A DNA stretch of 64,000 nucleotides from a virus (Duplodnaviria > Caudoviricetes): IMG/VR virus record IMGVR_UViG_3300026442_000101. One strand, given 5' to 3'. This document shows positions 9,422 to 18,714 of the stretch, in pieces. Each line of letters begins with the position of its first letter. Position 1 is the first letter of the stretch. Made by a program: the position numbers and the translations under genes. The notes under the pieces were generated by a model, which saw only the letters and a program-made list of their open reading frames with translations, ran no database searches and was not told the DNA's origin.

Positions 9422-12376
9422 ATGTCGAAGTCCTCTAGCACTATCATTGCTGAGACTATCGGTGAAGTCGAAGATTCGATGACCGAATTCAAGGAAGGGC
9501 TCGAAGCCGCCTTGAAGAAGAAGGCAGAGAGTGCCGAATATGCTGAGACCGCTGATACGCTAGAGGGCAAGACTCCGGCCGAAGTGGAAGCACTGCTTCT
9601 GGCCGAAGTCACCAAGCACACCAGCGCCCTTGGTCAGAACGTCCACGGCCTCAATGCTGGGATGGTCGGCAGTTATAACAAGTCCGAGTATGATGCGAAG
9701 TTTGACCTCATGCTCGACACCGACAGCGGTATCCCTCTGGACTTCTACGGTGACCGTGAATTCCTTCCACCATCGGTGACCGGTTCTTTCGAATCCGGCA
9801 GTAACACCACGCCGTATAGCAACGTGGCGATGATGATGGAAGATAACGGTACCTTGATGATTCTCCGTCCCGGTACCGATGGCGACAGTGCGGGTGTGTA
9901 TTACTCGTACCTGCGTAACGCCATGACCGAGACCGACCTCGCCAAGAACCTCGTGATGTCTAACGTCGAGTACCGGCCGGCATACTTCCCAGATGGGATG
10001 CGTGCAAAGTGTATCTTGAAAGGTACGCAGGACATCATTACCGGCATCATGAAAGATGCGACCACTGGCGCGCACACCGGTTACTTCATCTCGTTGACCA
10101 ACAACACGATGGACCAAACCAAGCACACCGGTATCTTCGTCCCGAACGGGAATTTCCTCTCGGTGCGAGGACCTCTCCCTGGTCTGTACCACACCCCGTT
10201 CGGTTTCATCAAAGGTAACTACGTCTACATCCTTCACGACATCCATCAAGAGGGTAAGATCGGTTACCGTGTATGGCGTCTGAATAAGAACGAGCTGATT
10301 ACCGGTAACTTCACCAGCGCCACTCAGATCAAAGGTTGGACCATCAACCGGGGTCAGAACGGCGTTGTGACTCGCGACGATATCGTGATCTACGACGATG
10401 TTGTTAGCTCCACCATCAACACCGGCATTCCTTCCACCACAGTCCTGGCCACCAACGGCTCGACCATGGCGACAGCTCTGACTCGCGACAACGGCGAGAC
10501 AGGCATCATGGGCAGCTGGTACATGCAGTTCTACCCTAGCGACAACATCTTCTCGGTTGCCAGCGCCCAAGCCTACTTCTCGTTTGAGTTCAACGAGAAT
10601 AAGCAGATCGATGTGTCGAAATACCACAACGATCCGATTCGAATGGACTATTCGTCGGCTGGGTGGGCACTGCAAGCTTCGGCTGCAATGAACCAGAATA
10701 CCTACAATAGCCACCACCGCCAACAGAACTCGCAGTCTACTGACTCGATCTACGCTAACGTTTATAACCAGTTGTGGTTGTGGACAGTAGTTTCGTACAC
10801 GGCAGGTACGGGCAGTATGTACCTACACCGATTCCAGTACGATCCTTCGATCGATCCAGTCGCTGTTCTTGCAGGCGACGCTAACTGGACGGAGCACGGG
10901 TATGTGTCGCCGGTAGGGCGTTTCGGTAGCGCACTCACGGCTTCGATGAGGGCTGTGTCCAACGTGGGTGATGGTGTTGTTAACTGTCTGAACTTCGGCA
11001 GGCTTCCTGAGCCATACGGTGCTACGTCATACTACGTGCGGTGTGCGCTGATCGGCGAACCTACCTTCCAGTACTCGTCGGTAACTGGTAACTTTGCCTG
11101 GAAAGGTTTCGGTCCGACTGATCAGCGTTACGACCAGATCGCGCTGAACCAACCTGCAACGAACTGGCACATCCTTCTAAACGAAGGTTCGCCTGGAGCG
11201 TCTCGTACCTCTCAGGCAAGGTTCACCAGAGCTCAGCCAACCCTGACCACCAGAGCGGCTGTGGTCAATGCCGACATGTCGGTGTCGGGTTCCGTAACTG
11301 TACCGCAGGCAGTCATGGAAACGCTGGAAGCTCAGATCCTGACTAACCTGGCTAGCCGGGGGTACACTCCGTCCACCGATCCGATCGCGGGCAGTTACAG
11401 TAAGTACCACTTCGAACTGAACATCCCGCAGATCTACACCGACATGCCTCCGTTCGTAGTCGGTTCGATCATGTCAGGTAACGGCGCCAACCGCGCTATC
11501 CACATGTTCATCTATACGGTGACCATCAGCGGTAGCAGGCAGAACGTGACTGGTGCGTCTATCCAGCCGGGCACTGCGTTACTGATCCGTAACGAGGCCA
11601 CTGTCGGCAGCGCATTGGGTGTACTTGAAGCTCGGGACTGTGGTCAAACGGCGATTCGTCGAGTCAGCGGTGGGTTCATGATCGGCTTTGCCGATAGCGT
11701 CTCCTATCACGTCGTAGGTAACGGTGGGCGGGCAATGCTCGCACTTCGTTATTCGGGAGGCACTTGGGCGGTGAACGGAAACGTTTACTGGGACTATTGG
11801 AACGGTACCGCTCCAGCTGGTTGGGTTAACCTTCCTAGCCGCGGTCTGTACTACGTCCTCTCGTCTGAGTTCATCTACTCGGAAATCGACTGCGGTACGA
11901 AGATGATCGCAACGCTGTTCGCCGATAATTCGATGTCGACGTTAAACGTTAACGAGTTGCGAGCAAGGTCGGTAGACCCGGCTTACGGCTTCGTGATGAT
12001 GTCGCAACGAGTGGTGAGTGCATGGACGGTCTACTTCGCAGACGAAACTCCAGCGATGTTGGACGGCTACTACAGCCTGGTTCAACCGTTGAACTACGCG
12101 CTGAACCCAGCTACTGATGCTAACAAGACGTTCTACGTCTGGTTGGTTCGAAGCGGGGCTGCTCTAACCTACGCTGTGACGACCACTAACCAACCGCCAT
12201 CGTCACCGTCGCTGTACCTCGGCTACTTCACCACAACCAACACCGGTCTTAACCTCATCGACGTGCGTAAGCGCGTGGCTGTGGATGGGAAGATGTTGTC
12301 GCCAGATGCGCGTGGTTCCTCGATCCCGCTCACCTCCGGTACTCCGAACTCCTACGGCCGCCTCAACTGGAAATAA
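9422..12376 (+). CDS. Long tail fibre/tip-like protein (cassette 2)
   Basis: About 984 aa (start 9422 or 9401); FLPPSVTGSFESG and LS..ARGSSIPLTSGTP motifs shared with 4390..7320; central part divergent. Confidence 0.7.
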   Translation: MSKSSSTIIAETIGEVEDSMTEFKEGLEAALKKKAESAEYAETADTLEGKTPAEVEALLLAEVTKHTSALGQNVHGLNAGMVGSYNKSEYDAKFDLMLDTDSGIPLDFYGDREFLPPSVTGSFESGSNTTPYSNVAMMMEDNGTLMILRPGTDGDSAGVYYSYLRNAMTETDLAKNLVMSNVEYRPAYFPDGMRAKCILKGTQDIITGIMKDATTGAHTGYFISLTNNTMDQTKHTGIFVPNGNFLSVRGPLPGLYHTPFGFIKGNYVYILHDIHQEGKIGYRVWRLNKNELITGNFTSATQIKGWTINRGQNGVVTRDDIVIYDDVVSSTINTGIPSTTVLATNGSTMATALTRDNGETGIMGSWYMQFYPSDNIFSVASAQAYFSFEFNENKQIDVSKYHNDPIRMDYSSAGWALQASAAMNQNTYNSHHRQQNSQSTDSIYANVYNQLWLWTVVSYTAGTGSMYLHRFQYDPSIDPVAVLAGDANWTEHGYVSPVGRFGSALTASMRAVSNVGDGVVNCLNFGRLPEPYGATSYYVRCALIGEPTFQYSSVTGNFAWKGFGPTDQRYDQIALNQPATNWHILLNEGSPGASRTSQARFTRAQPTLTTRAAVVNADMSVSGSVTVPQAVMETLEAQILTNLASRGYTPSTDPIAGSYSKYHFELNIPQIYTDMPPFVVGSIMSGNGANRAIHMFIYTVTISGSRQNVTGASIQPGTALLIRNEATVGSALGVLEARDCGQTAIRRVSGGFMIGFADSVSYHVVGNGGRAMLALRYSGGTWAVNGNVYWDYWNGTAPAGWVNLPSRGLYYVLSSEFIYSEIDCGTKMIATLFADNSMSTLNVNELRARSVDPAYGFVMMSQRVVSAWTVYFADETPAMLDGYYSLVQPLNYALNPATDANKTFYVWLVRSGAALTYAVTTTNQPPSSPSLYLGYFTTTNTGLNLIDVRKRVAVDGKMLSPDARGSSIPLTSGTPNSYGRLNWK

Positions 12377-12378
12377 CC

Positions 12379-13062
12379 ATGACTGATGCAGAGCTGAGAC
12401 AATATCTCGTTACCAAGTTCAATCTTTGGAAAGTTGAGATCATCAGGCTGCTGAAGCGGGTAGCTCCGATCGTAAAGCATGCCGACAACACGCTGAAGAT
12501 CAATGGGTATAGCCTTGCCGACCTCATCGCTATCATCAAGGGTGAGGTAGGTAACCACACGAGTCAGGTGCGTCCCCACGGGGAAACCCTGGCTCAGTTG
12601 GGAGGCATGACCACTGCAACATTTGATGCGCAGGCGGTCAACTATTTCCCGAAGGATGCTGTACCGCTGACCAAGATCCCCGCCGGAGCGGGGGTTTTCA
12701 CCTCAGCCACGATTTACACGCCCAACAACCTTGACATCGTTTATTACGGTCGCAAGCTTCGGGTTCCGTCCGGTAACGTCACGCTTTCCGGTACTGCTCG
12801 CCTGTATCTGAAAGTGGTGGTCACTGGTATCGGGCCAGCTGAAGCGGCTGTCTTCGCCATTTCTGCAAATGCTAACGAGGACTCGCGGAATATGGTAGTG
12901 GGGTGGCTTGACTACGCAGGTGGTAACTGGACACCTACGTTCATCCGTACGGTGCGTATCGGCGCTGCCGTACTCTCCGCGACTGTCCGTGGTAACGGTA
13001 TCCCATACTCCTCCGGTAGCCAAGCTGCCGCAGGTTCCATTCCGACCACTTGGTTCCAGTGA
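12379..13062 (+). CDS. Short tail fibre-family paralog
   Basis: 227 aa; HTSQVRPH and LSATVRGNGIPYSSG motifs. Confidence 0.6.
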   Translation: MTDAELRQYLVTKFNLWKVEIIRLLKRVAPIVKHADNTLKINGYSLADLIAIIKGEVGNHTSQVRPHGETLAQLGGMTTATFDAQAVNYFPKDAVPLTKIPAGAGVFTSATIYTPNNLDIVYYGRKLRVPSGNVTLSGTARLYLKVVVTGIGPAEAAVFAISANANEDSRNMVVGWLDYAGGNWTPTFIRTVRIGAAVLSATVRGNGIPYSSGSQAAAGSIPTTWFQ

Positions 13063-13070
13063 GGTAACAG

Positions 13071-13814
13071 ATGGCTGGTCCAATTACAGAAGGTGTCCTG
13101 CTGAGGATCCAGAAGTTCAAAGCTTACCAGGCCGAGATCGTAAGGATCCTCACGCAGATCAAACGGGACAGTGCGTTCGAATCGAAAGACGCTGGGCTGT
13201 TGGTGCCTGACTGGAACTTTACCAAGCTCCTGAAGAAGGCTCGTGATGCACTGACAGCTCACGTTGCTCGTAGGGACAATCCGCATCAAGAGACGATGGA
13301 AAGTATCGGCTCGTATAGCGCGACGGCGGTGAACGCCAAGCTCGCTGCTAAGGTACCGAACTCCGTAGTGCCGATCAGTACCTACGGCATCATCGAGTTC
13401 CTTACCGCCGCCCAGATTGCGGCTGCTTGGTCTGGTGCGGGCTGGGTCGTCTCGTGTAACCGTGCAATCAAGATTGTTCTGTCGGGTACGCCGTACACGC
13501 TACCGCCATTCAGTCTCGATCTTCGAGGTGTCGAAGCGAACCCTGCGAACTCGACGTTCAACGTTTACGTGCGTGCACGCTTTGGGCAGGTTACCTATCA
13601 GGCCCGGATCGACTCGCCTCCTGAGTCTGTATCGGTAATGTTCATTGGTACGGTGACGACTAATGCTAGTGGTATTGCTAGCCTTAACTTCGCACCCGTA
13701 ACACGGATCGATACCTTCCGTCTCTCGAACACTCCGCTTGGTTCTGTTATCCCGGTTACTGGCGGCACTATCGACGCGCCTGTCAAGCTTCCGGCAACGT
13801 GGAACCCGCTTTAA
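13071..13814 (+). CDS. Short tail fibre-family paralog
   Basis: 247 aa; HVARRDNPH and RIDTFRLSNTPLGSVIPVTGG motifs. Confidence 0.65.
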   Translation: MAGPITEGVLLRIQKFKAYQAEIVRILTQIKRDSAFESKDAGLLVPDWNFTKLLKKARDALTAHVARRDNPHQETMESIGSYSATAVNAKLAAKVPNSVVPISTYGIIEFLTAAQIAAAWSGAGWVVSCNRAIKIVLSGTPYTLPPFSLDLRGVEANPANSTFNVYVRARFGQVTYQARIDSPPESVSVMFIGTVTTNASGIASLNFAPVTRIDTFRLSNTPLGSVIPVTGGTIDAPVKLPATWNPL

Positions 13815-13827
13815 AGGATCGTAACCC

Positions 13828-14451
13828 ATGGCCTATGAAGTTCCACCAACCCCAACCAACGTCCAGACCACCAATCCATACGTGGCTCTCGACCGTGGTC
13901 TGTTCCTCTCGCAGAAAACCAACCCGGCAAAGTATGCGCGCATTCACGCTGCTCGCTGGGTAACCGTAGGCCCTGAGGCAGCGGTGGGTGTCCTGGAATA
14001 TCAGGTCATGGTTTACAACACCAAGCCCACAACCGCTGCTCAATACGCTGCCGGCACCCTGCTGGTAGCTCCTGGCGGCGGTAACTGGTTCGACACCTTC
14101 ACCAGGGGTCTGGTCACTGATCCGATCCTGGCTGAATACTGGGCGATCGATAGCTTCACTTCGAACTACCTTGCAGCTGATGCGACTCGTCTTAAGGACG
14201 ACGATAAGGCCGACAAGATCGTTCAAGCGCAGTTGTTCGTATCGACCATGGCGTCGTGGGCAGGTCTCAAAGAGATCAACCTCACTACCGTCTTCAATGC
14301 GGTAGCTGGACAACCACTGTCCCGCACCAGCATGAACCTTAGCATCGACTACGAAAAGAATGGCACCTCTGGCCACCTTGACGTAATCGATCTGCCGAGT
14401 GGGCGGTTCGATCCAGTGCATGTCGCATTGGACAAACTCCGAAACGTGTAG
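13828..14451 (+). CDS. Hypothetical protein, probably virion-associated
   Basis: 207 aa with AAGGA RBS, co-oriented between tail genes and endolysin. Confidence 0.55.
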   Translation: MAYEVPPTPTNVQTTNPYVALDRGLFLSQKTNPAKYARIHAARWVTVGPEAAVGVLEYQVMVYNTKPTTAAQYAAGTLLVAPGGGNWFDTFTRGLVTDPILAEYWAIDSFTSNYLAADATRLKDDDKADKIVQAQLFVSTMASWAGLKEINLTTVFNAVAGQPLSRTSMNLSIDYEKNGTSGHLDVIDLPSGRFDPVHVALDKLRNV

Positions 14452-14459
14452 GTGAAAAC

Positions 14460-15134
14460 ATGGCTGGTAATCCCACCGTAACGCAAACCCAACAGTACCT
14501 CAACACCCTCGGCTTCAACTGCGGGATCGCTGACGGTATCTGGGGTAAGAACTCTCAAGGAGCCCTCGATCAACTCAAAGCCTCGGCTATCGACGCTTCT
14601 CATCCATACGGCGTGAAGAAGCTAGGTTGGGGTAAGAAGCTGAACGATGCTGAGATCGCCAAGGTAGCTCAGGTGGTCTCTAACCTGGGTCTTCCGAAGT
14701 CGATGATCATTGATCTCATGGCCTGCATGGCGTGGGAATCTGGTGAGTCGTTCAGTCCGTCGATCCGTAACCCCAAGTCAACTGCCACCGGCCTGATCCA
14801 GTTCATGGAAGCCACCGCAGTAGGTCTGGGTACCACCACCGCCAAACTGGCGAAGATGACGGTCATCGAGCAGCTGAACTACGTAGAGCGTTACTTCAAG
14901 CCCTACGCCAAGCGCCTGCAGAACCTGGGCGACCTGTACATGGGTATCATCTGGCCGGTCGGTATCGGCAAGCCTGATTCCTACGTCATGTGGAAATCCG
15001 GCGACAAGCAGTTCGAGCCGAACAAAGGTCTGGATGTCAACAACGACGGCCAGATCCTGCGTATCGAATGCCTGCACAAGGTCAACAACAAACTTGTGAA
15101 GGGCTTCCAGTCGCAGTTCGTCAAAGAACTCTGA
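14460..15134 (+). CDS. Modular endolysin: peptidoglycan-binding domain plus lysozyme/transglycosylase-like domain
   Basis: N-terminal QQYLNTLGFNCGIADGIWGKNS (PG_binding_1 pattern); catalytic WESG...PS.RNPKSTATGLIQFM; phiKZ gp144-like position. Confidence 0.9.
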   Translation: MAGNPTVTQTQQYLNTLGFNCGIADGIWGKNSQGALDQLKASAIDASHPYGVKKLGWGKKLNDAEIAKVAQVVSNLGLPKSMIIDLMACMAWESGESFSPSIRNPKSTATGLIQFMEATAVGLGTTTAKLAKMTVIEQLNYVERYFKPYAKRLQNLGDLYMGIIWPVGIGKPDSYVMWKSGDKQFEPNKGLDVNNDGQILRIECLHKVNNKLVKGFQSQFVKEL

Positions 15135-15135
15135 C

Positions 15136-15186
15136 AAAAAAAAAGAAAGCATAGAGCAGGTGGGTTTCCCCACCTGCTCCTTATGC
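15136..15186 (-). terminator. Rho-independent terminator with GCATA/TATGC outer stem
   Basis: gcata-gagcaggtggg-tttc-cccacctgctc-cttatgc; minus-strand tail CTTTCTTTTTTTTT. Confidence 0.85.
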
Positions 15187-15189
15187 CGC

Positions 15190-15876
15190 TTAGGCTTTCT
15201 GGTCGCGTAGACCTTTGTGCCATTCCATCGCAGATTCATGTGTGGTCACATGGAACTCGATCGGCATGAATGGCCAGCGCTCGGTGAACTCGTGGACCAG
15301 GTCACTGGCAAACTTCTCCTTATCGCCAATAACCAGCGTGCACGACGTGCCGCGATACTTCGTTTCCAACGACCATACACCGGCTTCGGTAGCCGTTTTC
15401 CAGATGCCGCAAATTTCCGGCTGATACTGGAGAGGGTTCTGGTGCACTAGTCGGTACATTCGCAGAGTGTACAGCGGGGTCAGGAACATCTTGGCAAAGA
15501 TCTTCTGACCTTGTGCGGTCAAGTCACCCAATTTCACGTCAGGGTAAACGTGATTGTAGTAACTGGTTGCAGGTTGTGGGAAAATCACCCTGACCATTTG
15601 CTTGGTAGCCAGAGCGATCACGCTGGCCAGTTCGGTGGGGAGGTTGGTCTCGCGGAAAGCGTTAATGCGTTCAGTTTGCGATGTCGCCTGATCGGCGGTC
15701 ACATGGATGAAGTGACTCCGATCGCTTTCGGATTTGTGTCGATCATGCACGTTCTTCTCATCACTGGTGGCTGCCAGTAGATGGGGTATATCGCTCACTT
15801 TATCGATCACAGTCTCCTGACCGAAAACTTCAAAGGTGAGTGGACCAGTCTGCAGGCTGGTGATTGGGTTTCGCAT
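15190..15876 (-). CDS. Hypothetical protein
   Basis: 228 aa with AAGGAG RBS. Confidence 0.6.
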   Translation of the reverse strand: MRNPITSLQTGPLTFEVFGQETVIDKVSDIPHLLAATSDEKNVHDRHKSESDRSHFIHVTADQATSQTERINAFRETNLPTELASVIALATKQMVRVIFPQPATSYYNHVYPDVKLGDLTAQGQKIFAKMFLTPLYTLRMYRLVHQNPLQYQPEICGIWKTATEAGVWSLETKYRGTSCTLVIGDKEKFASDLVHEFTERWPFMPIEFHVTTHESAMEWHKGLRDQKA

Positions 15877-15970
15877 GGTGTAGCTCCTTTTGTTGGCTGC
15901 TCGTGTTCTGCCTGGTAGGACTTACGAGGAGTCAGCGCGGTTAGTGCCCGTCGGAATGACGGGCTCCTAA

Positions 15971-16327
15971 TTACTTGTCGAAGAAGTAGAACTGACCATC
16001 GGCCAGGTGCTTCAACACCGCAACCACTTCGGCCTGAGCGAATGCGCATTCGAAGTGGAACGAGATGTAGTTGGCCAGGTTGGCGCAAAGATCACCTGGT
16101 ACTGGGTCAGGAAGTTCATCGACATCGTATTCGTGCTGGAGGTTAATTCTCACCTCCGGCATCGGAACAACTGCCATCTTCTGACACAGCTCCAGCTTGT
16201 AGCCGGCCTCGAGCATACTGTCGAGGACGCCTTCAGCTGCGATCTCGGTATCGAGGTCATCGTGGAACAGATCACCAATAGCCATGGTGACCGCGACCTG
16301 CAAACGTTGATTGAGCTTCTTGCGCAT
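15971..16327 (-). CDS. Hypothetical protein
   Basis: 118 aa acidic ORF abutting 16330; hairpin gcccgtc-ggaat-gacgggc (15946-15964) just downstream. Confidence 0.55.
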   Translation of the reverse strand: MRKKLNQRLQVAVTMAIGDLFHDDLDTEIAAEGVLDSMLEAGYKLELCQKMAVVPMPEVRINLQHEYDVDELPDPVPGDLCANLANYISFHFECAFAQAEVVAVLKHLADGQFYFFDK

Positions 16328-16329
16328 GG

Positions 16330-16950
16330 TTAGGCTACCTTGTGCTCGACGACTTCGCCGTCCAGGATTTTGTTGATGAACATCGCTTGATCTTTGATGA
16401 AGGAACAGAGGCGCAGCTCACGGTTCGCATTGGTCTGATGGCGAATGTAGCCAGCTACCGTGACCAGGTCATTCGGCGGGAACGACGGTTCGATGAAGTC
16501 AACAGAGCCGCTGATGAAGTCTGAGACGCTCGTATAGCGCGTCTGAGCAGCGTTCCACACCAAGGTCTGGTCTTTGTACACATCGCTGTAATCAGCGAAC
16601 ATGTGCGTGCTGGCGAGCCCTGCTGCGAGCAGCATAGCCACGTCCTCATCTAGCATGAGCGCGAATTGACTCATGAGGATCTGGTACTTGTCGTTGTTCG
16701 GCACGTAACCGTGACGATACGAATGGACGTAGCGGAACGCATCGCCGAAGCGCTCGAGATACTGATCCATCCCCATCAAGTATTCTTCGCTGTGGATGTG
16801 GTTATGCACCCGGATGTTCCGCTCACGCAAAGCGATCGCGTCATTGTGACTGTTGGTCTTTCTCAGACCCTGGATGCCTGCGGCTGCAAACCCCAAGCCA
16901 GCTGCGCCGATCACGCCCAACGCGATAGCCTGTTTGATTGAAAGAGCCAT
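16330..16950 (-). CDS. Hypothetical protein with N-terminal hydrophobic anchor
   Basis: 206 aa; AIALGVIGAAGLGFAAAGI; GGAGG RBS. Confidence 0.6.
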   Translation of the reverse strand: MALSIKQAIALGVIGAAGLGFAAAGIQGLRKTNSHNDAIALRERNIRVHNHIHSEEYLMGMDQYLERFGDAFRYVHSYRHGYVPNNDKYQILMSQFALMLDEDVAMLLAAGLASTHMFADYSDVYKDQTLVWNAAQTRYTSVSDFISGSVDFIEPSFPPNDLVTVAGYIRHQTNANRELRLCSFIKDQAMFINKILDGEVVEHKVA

Positions 16951-17276
16951 GTTGCCTCCGTGTTTTATTGTGAATCGGATCTACGCCGAAGCGATCGTCC
17001 GAGTATTTGTTTGCTGATGCCTGCCCAAAGGTCTTCACTATCGGGCGCTGGCACATCTGGGTATTTCGGATAAGTGGCGGCGATATCAATATCGCCATCA
17101 AAGTCTTTGTTCAGTCTCGTTTTCGAGAACTGCCCTTCAGATTCACCCCCTTGATCTCCGGAAAGTCCTTCGGGAGCATGAACGATGGGGAAATGAAGAA
17201 CCGTTGGGCCAAGGTCAGTGATTGTGATAGTGATTTCAAGGAGTCTTCAAGTAAGATGCTAGAATCGTTAGCCAGG

Positions 17277-17298
17277 GTAGGTGGGGAAACCCACCTAC
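17277..17298 (-). terminator. Hairpin at AAA gene stop
   Basis: gtaggtggg-gaaa-cccacctac overlapping the stop codon. Confidence 0.6.
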
Positions 17299-18395
17299 TC
17301 GGACTCCAGGGTGGCTTTGCCTTCTTCGCTCACCTTGGCCTTACGTTTACGGTTGCCGGTGCTCGAAAGGTTCTGGCTCCATGAACGCATGATAGTCATG
17401 GTGACCTCGTCGTTGAACTTCACGCGATACTTCACGCCGGTAGGGGTCGTGTGGATCACGGTAGCGCCGGGGTGGTTACGATCGAAGACGTAAGAACCGA
17501 TCATCTCCAGAGAGCCGTCCTGAATCAGGTCGATTTCCAGATGACCGTTGTCGTAACGCTCGATGACTTCACCGACGAAGGACTTGCCCTGGAACGCTAC
17601 GTCCACGACCGCCAGAGCTTGGTGTACAGGACCCGGAACGTTGAGGATCTTGATACGCTTGTTGAGATCCTTAGCAGCGGTAACGCGCTGTGCTTGACGA
17701 ACCAGGTACATCAGGATGTCGAAGCTCAGGTGATGAACAGACGCGTAGGCAACCAGGTATTCGGTAAGCTCCTCGTTGATGTCGTTGGAGCGGCAGACGT
17801 CCTTCACGATTTCGCTGGTCAGATCACCGTAGTCGATACGGAACATGAAGCGCCCAGGCCGATCGATCATGTATTCGTTGAGCTCCTTGTCTTCGTTGGC
17901 AGTGACCACGAACATGACGTTCTTGAGGTCAGAGTCAGAGAAGAGGGTCAGCATCGAATCTTTGGCAGACTTGCCATAGATCTTGCCGTACTCATCGAAG
18001 TAGACCATGCACGAGCCGATCAGGCCGATGACCGCTTTGAGCAGACCAGGCGGCAGCTCGTTGTTGATCAGCAGGACAGGCATCTCGAGATCGAGACACT
18101 TGTTACCCAGGTGTTCAGCCAGCAGGGATTTGCCAGAACCCTTCAGACCTTTGAGCAACACGCCGGTAGAGCACTGACGTTCTTCAAAGGCTTCCATGAT
18201 TGCCGACAGGTTATCCTGGTGATCACCGTAGATCTTGCTCGGCAGGCTGAAGCGCTTACGGTCACGGACGAGATCCAGGCCATCTTCAGTGAGGTTGATG
18301 CGATAGACAGCTGGTGGAATCTTTTCCACCCGGCCGACTTCTGGAACGTTACGAGCCGATACGTGAGAACCGTGATCGAAGAATTGCAGACCCAT
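17295..18395 (-). CDS. AAA-family ATPase
   Basis: Walker A GLKGSGKS, Walker B VYFDEYGK, sensor VTAN, arginine finger DRPGRF. Confidence 0.9.
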   Translation of the reverse strand: MGLQFFDHGSHVSARNVPEVGRVEKIPPAVYRINLTEDGLDLVRDRKRFSLPSKIYGDHQDNLSAIMEAFEERQCSTGVLLKGLKGSGKSLLAEHLGNKCLDLEMPVLLINNELPPGLLKAVIGLIGSCMVYFDEYGKIYGKSAKDSMLTLFSDSDLKNVMFVVTANEDKELNEYMIDRPGRFMFRIDYGDLTSEIVKDVCRSNDINEELTEYLVAYASVHHLSFDILMYLVRQAQRVTAAKDLNKRIKILNVPGPVHQALAVVDVAFQGKSFVGEVIERYDNGHLEIDLIQDGSLEMIGSYVFDRNHPGATVIHTTPTGVKYRVKFNDEVTMTIMRSWSQNLSSTGNRKRKAKVSEEGKATLESE

Positions 18396-18444
18396 CTTAA
18401 TTTCCTTACTTAATGGTTGATGTTGCGGTTAGGATTCAAGCTTG

Positions 18445-18462
18445 TAATGTATCACTGAAAAT
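18445..18462 (-). promoter_or_regulatory. Phage promoter motif copy 1 (TTTTCAGTGATACATTA)
   Basis: Repeated motif about 50 nt upstream of the AAA start; other copies at 34265, 41754 and 57761. Confidence 0.6.
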
Positions 18463-18541
18463 GTTTTTACAGCATAAGCGCCCCTCCCCACCTCTAGTAA
18501 AGAGCACTAGAGATGTTCGTTCGTTCCACTCACTCACTTGT

Positions 18542-18583
18542 CTAATCGTCGACTTCATTCCTTCGATCCAAGATCTCAGTCAT
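18542..18583 (-). CDS. Candidate 13-aa microprotein MTEILDRRNEVDD
   Basis: GAGGAG RBS 5 nt upstream of ATG; followed by hairpin ctctagt...actagag. Confidence 0.3.
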   Translation of the reverse strand: MTEILDRRNEVDD

Positions 18584-18654
18584 TACGTCTCCTCTAGAAT
18601 AAGGATGGGAGCTTTTAATGCAAAAGATCAAGAGCTTATCTAACTTTTTACATG

Positions 18655-18705
18655 CAGCATAAAGTGAGAGTCAGGTGGATGGGTCTTACGACCCATCCAC
18701 CCTCC
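18655..18705 (-). terminator. Portal gene terminator hairpin
   Basis: ggtggatgggtc-ttac-gacccatccacc with cagcata flank. Confidence 0.75.
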
Positions 18706-18714
18706 TCTAGTTAC

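Noticed and set aside
15136-15145. Poly-A runs (also 38927, 56699, 58552) as slippage or phase-variation sites
   Set aside because: All are intergenic and adjoin hairpins, so they are minus-strand terminator U-tracts.
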